DNA of 64,000 nt from Callorhinchus milii (taxonomy: Eukaryota): the NCBI RefSeq assembly GCF_018977255.1, contig NW_024704743.1, positions 31,498,001 to 31,562,000 of the forward strand, in the 5' to 3' direction. Below, one piece after another: positions 61,251 through 64,000 of the stretch. Position 1 is the stretch's first letter. Every line of letters starts with the position of its first letter. A model generated the notes under the pieces. That model did not search any database. It saw only the letters and a program-made list of their open reading frames with translations, and was not told where the DNA came from. Both the position numbers and the translations under genes were made by a program.

Positions 61251-62204
61251 TATCCTATTATTTCTTAATAAATATTGTACATTCATCATGCCGACCGACA
61301 GGAGCTCCACTCAAGTACAATTTATTTTCGGAGCAGTGTTCCCATCAGTCAGTCTGACGAACTTCTGGTTACTGGAAGAAATCCCAGCTTGAAATTCTTT
61401 GTTAAGCAATCCACTGGAATTCAGTGTCCTTTAAACCCCATTGCCTAGCGCTGAAGCTGAACGGAAAATTAATGTTACACTGACGTACACTGAGAAAATC
61501 AAATACAGGCCAAGTACAGGCCCAGCAAGAATCAGACACCGTCTTGCAGAAGTTAATATATCGTTCTCAAGTCAAATTTAAAGACACTGGCCTTTTAAAT
61601 AAAACAGCGATGGGTGAGAGTCCCGTGGAGCCTGTTGTCATTTTGATAACATACAGCAGTAAAGATTGCCTTGTCAACTCTGCTCAAATCACAATTATTA
61701 TATAAAAAAAACCACGGTGAACTCCCTTGCTCGCTTCGATATCCTCAAACTGACTATCATTTCTTATTTTACAATATTTTTTTGATACCGCGTTACGTCT
61801 TTAAAATCCCCAAACTTGAATTCAGCTGAAATGCTCGGAAACTTAAAGCTTACTGAGTTCATACTGATTCACCCAATCTGGGTGACCTCATTAGGAGCAC
61901 ATAAAGAATAGGGAGACCCACAGCACACAGGTACAGCATGTCTGTCACATGCTGCATTCAATTTCAAGGTGTCAGCAGGATTTAATTGGATCTGCTTTGC
62001 TCTTGTCAGCCCTTTGACAAGCTTGCATGATTCTTCATGCATGTGTTTCTTTTAATAGTCAGCCTTAACATAGACGCACACGTGTGCAGATTTTTTATGT
62101 GCCCGTTCAGGTAGAACGCAATAAAAATTATGAAACCTAAATATAATTGGAAAAGAATAGCTACCCTAATTGGTTCAGACTGCAGTATGTTCCTCTGCTT
62201 CTCA

Positions 62205-62235
<31 letters not shown>

Positions 62236-62279
62236 TCCTTTACACTCCCCATCCCTCTTCTGTACTCTCTCTATTCTTC

Positions 62280-62570
62280 GGATGAGGTGTTAAATCGAAA
62301 TCCCGTCTGCCTGTTCAGGTGGACATTAAAGATCCCATGACACTATTCAAAAAGAGTAGAGTGTTTCTTCTGATGTCCTCACCAACAATCCTCCAAAATA
62401 AATTTGTCACTCACTCCATGGCAGTTTGTGGGATATTGCTGTGCGCAAACTGGCTGCAGTGTTTCGCCTACAAAATACAGTCAATCCACTTTACAATATA
62501 TCCTGTAAAGCGCTTTGCGACCTCTTGACATGATAAGACGCCATATCAAAGGTAAGGATTATTAAGGAAT
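62280..62570 (+). mobile_element. DeuSINE, 5' truncated
   Basis: ggatgaggtgttaaa...aaagatcccatg Deu core plus tail. Confidence 0.8.
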
Positions 62571-62640
62571 ATTATTATTATACATTCAAGGACCAAAATT
62601 CCATCTGGTCTTAGCCAGTAAGACCATTTATACTGAATAA

Positions 62641-63595
62641 TAACATAATAATAATAACCCTTGCATTTTGTATTGCACCTTATCACATCAGAAGGATGTC
62701 TCAAAGCACTTCACAGGAATTACTGTGAAATGAAGAGACTGTGTGTTTCTTGGCAAATGCAGCAGTATAGTTGCACAAAGTAATGTCCCACAAACAGCCA
62801 TCAACAACAACAACAACAAGATTCCATTTATAGAGCGCCTTTCATGTCGGGAGGACGTCCCAAGGCGCTGGACAGTTGGGTCAGGACCTGAGCAGGAGGG
62901 AAATGGTGAAGGGAGGGAAGGGAGGGAGCGAGGAGGGGGTAGAGAGTCGAGAGGGGAGCTGAAGGCACGGTCAAAGAGAAAGGTCTTGAGACTGGCCTTG
63001 AAGGAGGAAAGGGTGGAGGCGGCGAAGGCACTTGGGGATGGAGTTCCAGAGCCTGGGGGCTGAGAGGCTGAAGGCCCGACCACCGATGGTAGGGCGGTTG
63101 GGGCGGGGGACGTGGAGCAGACCGGAGCCAGAGGAATGGAGGGTACGGGCAGGTAGGTAGGGGGATAGTAGGTCAGAGAGGTAGAAGGGAGCAAGGCCGT
63201 GAATGGCCTTGTAGGTGAGGATGAGGATCTTGAATTCGATCCTCTGGGGGATGGGAAGCCAGTGGAGGCGAGCAAGGGTGGGAGTGATGTGGTCGCGAAG
63301 CCTGGTGCGGGACAGTACACGAGCTGCAGAGTTCTGAACAATCAAACAAATGACCAATTTTATTTGGGGAATGTTGGCCAGGACCCTTCTCTTTTCGAAT
63401 AATGCCATGGGATTCTTTAACGTCCACCTGAACAGACAGAAGGGACCTCGGTTTAAACTCTTGTTTGAAAGACGGCACCTTTGACATTGCAATACATCCC
63501 CATCACTGCATTGGAGTTCAAGTCCTGACATGGGATTTGAATCCACAACCTTTTGACTCAGAGGCGAGAGTGCTACCACTGAACCAAGCTGACCC
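62641..63595 (-). mobile_element. DeuSINE interrupted by a young L2 3' fragment (62802-63338)
   Basis: SINE tail at 62641-62801; the body and head resume at 63339-63595; the insert encodes LARLHWLPIPQRIEFKILILTYKAIHG. Confidence 0.88.
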
Positions 63596-64000
63596 AACTT
63601 AAAACTGAAGTTTTTTTGCAGTTCTTAAAAAGCACCGGCTTCTAACTTAAGACTGGATTCATGATTTTTTTTCATAGTTCTGCATGTCTTTGAATTGATT
63701 TTGTAAGATAGAATGGTCTTATATGCTAAATTGAAGTTGAACTTTGGGCTTATAGTTTTACATGCCCACACATCCTGTCTTTCTCTCTCTCTAATACACA
63801 CACATACACAGAGAGAACTTGAGAAAATAATTCAAGTGATATTAAGTAAATGTTGTCTTGGCATTTTAATTTAAGATAATAATTTACTTAATAGAAATGA
63901 GAAAAATCACAAGTAAGATTACCTGCCAGCAGTCTAGGCCTCCAAAATAATGCCTGTGATATTCGTTCCCCTATTATATGTCTCACTCTTACCCACCAAT

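Noticed and set aside
1..64000. CRISPR-like array or prokaryotic defence system
   Set aside because: The recurring palindromic ~36-nt motif is the dispersed SINE/L2 3' stem-loop on both strands, with no regular spacers or cas genes; the DNA is intron-containing vertebrate sequence.

Overview
Vertebrate genomic DNA, most likely a cartilaginous fish and possibly a holocephalan; this is inferred from the repeat repertoire and cannot be proven here. The first ~12 kb holds the last five coding exons and probable 3' UTR of a + strand MBOAT1-type lysophospholipid acyltransferase (1599-1702, 5209-5273, 7036-7168, 8473-8624, 10778-10934). All introns are GT-AG with consistent phases, and the catalytic WHG histidine is intact. 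The remaining ~52 kb has no recognisable host coding exon. It is a gene-desert-like mosaic of L2 and CR1 LINE fragments, one near full-length decayed single-ORF L2 (52870-56098), two abundant tRNA-derived SINE families sharing an L2-type 3' stem-loop, ancient LF-SINE-like and AmnSINE2-like relics, a Penelope-like palindrome and an unclassified six-copy retroposon. Repeat-free blocks, CTCF-like motifs and a CpG-rich ZNF143-like repeat/hairpin island lie between them. Nearly all ORFs in the supplied track are spurious or TE-derived. No prokaryote-type system (CRISPR, defence island) is present, and I cannot claim a confirmed novel system. The best leads are the 49.2-49.4 kb island, the unclassified structured retroposon, the fixed-length L2 3' mini-element and the orphan coding-like insert at 41.1 kb. 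Family names come from remembered consensus sequences, not database searches, and repeat boundaries are approximate.
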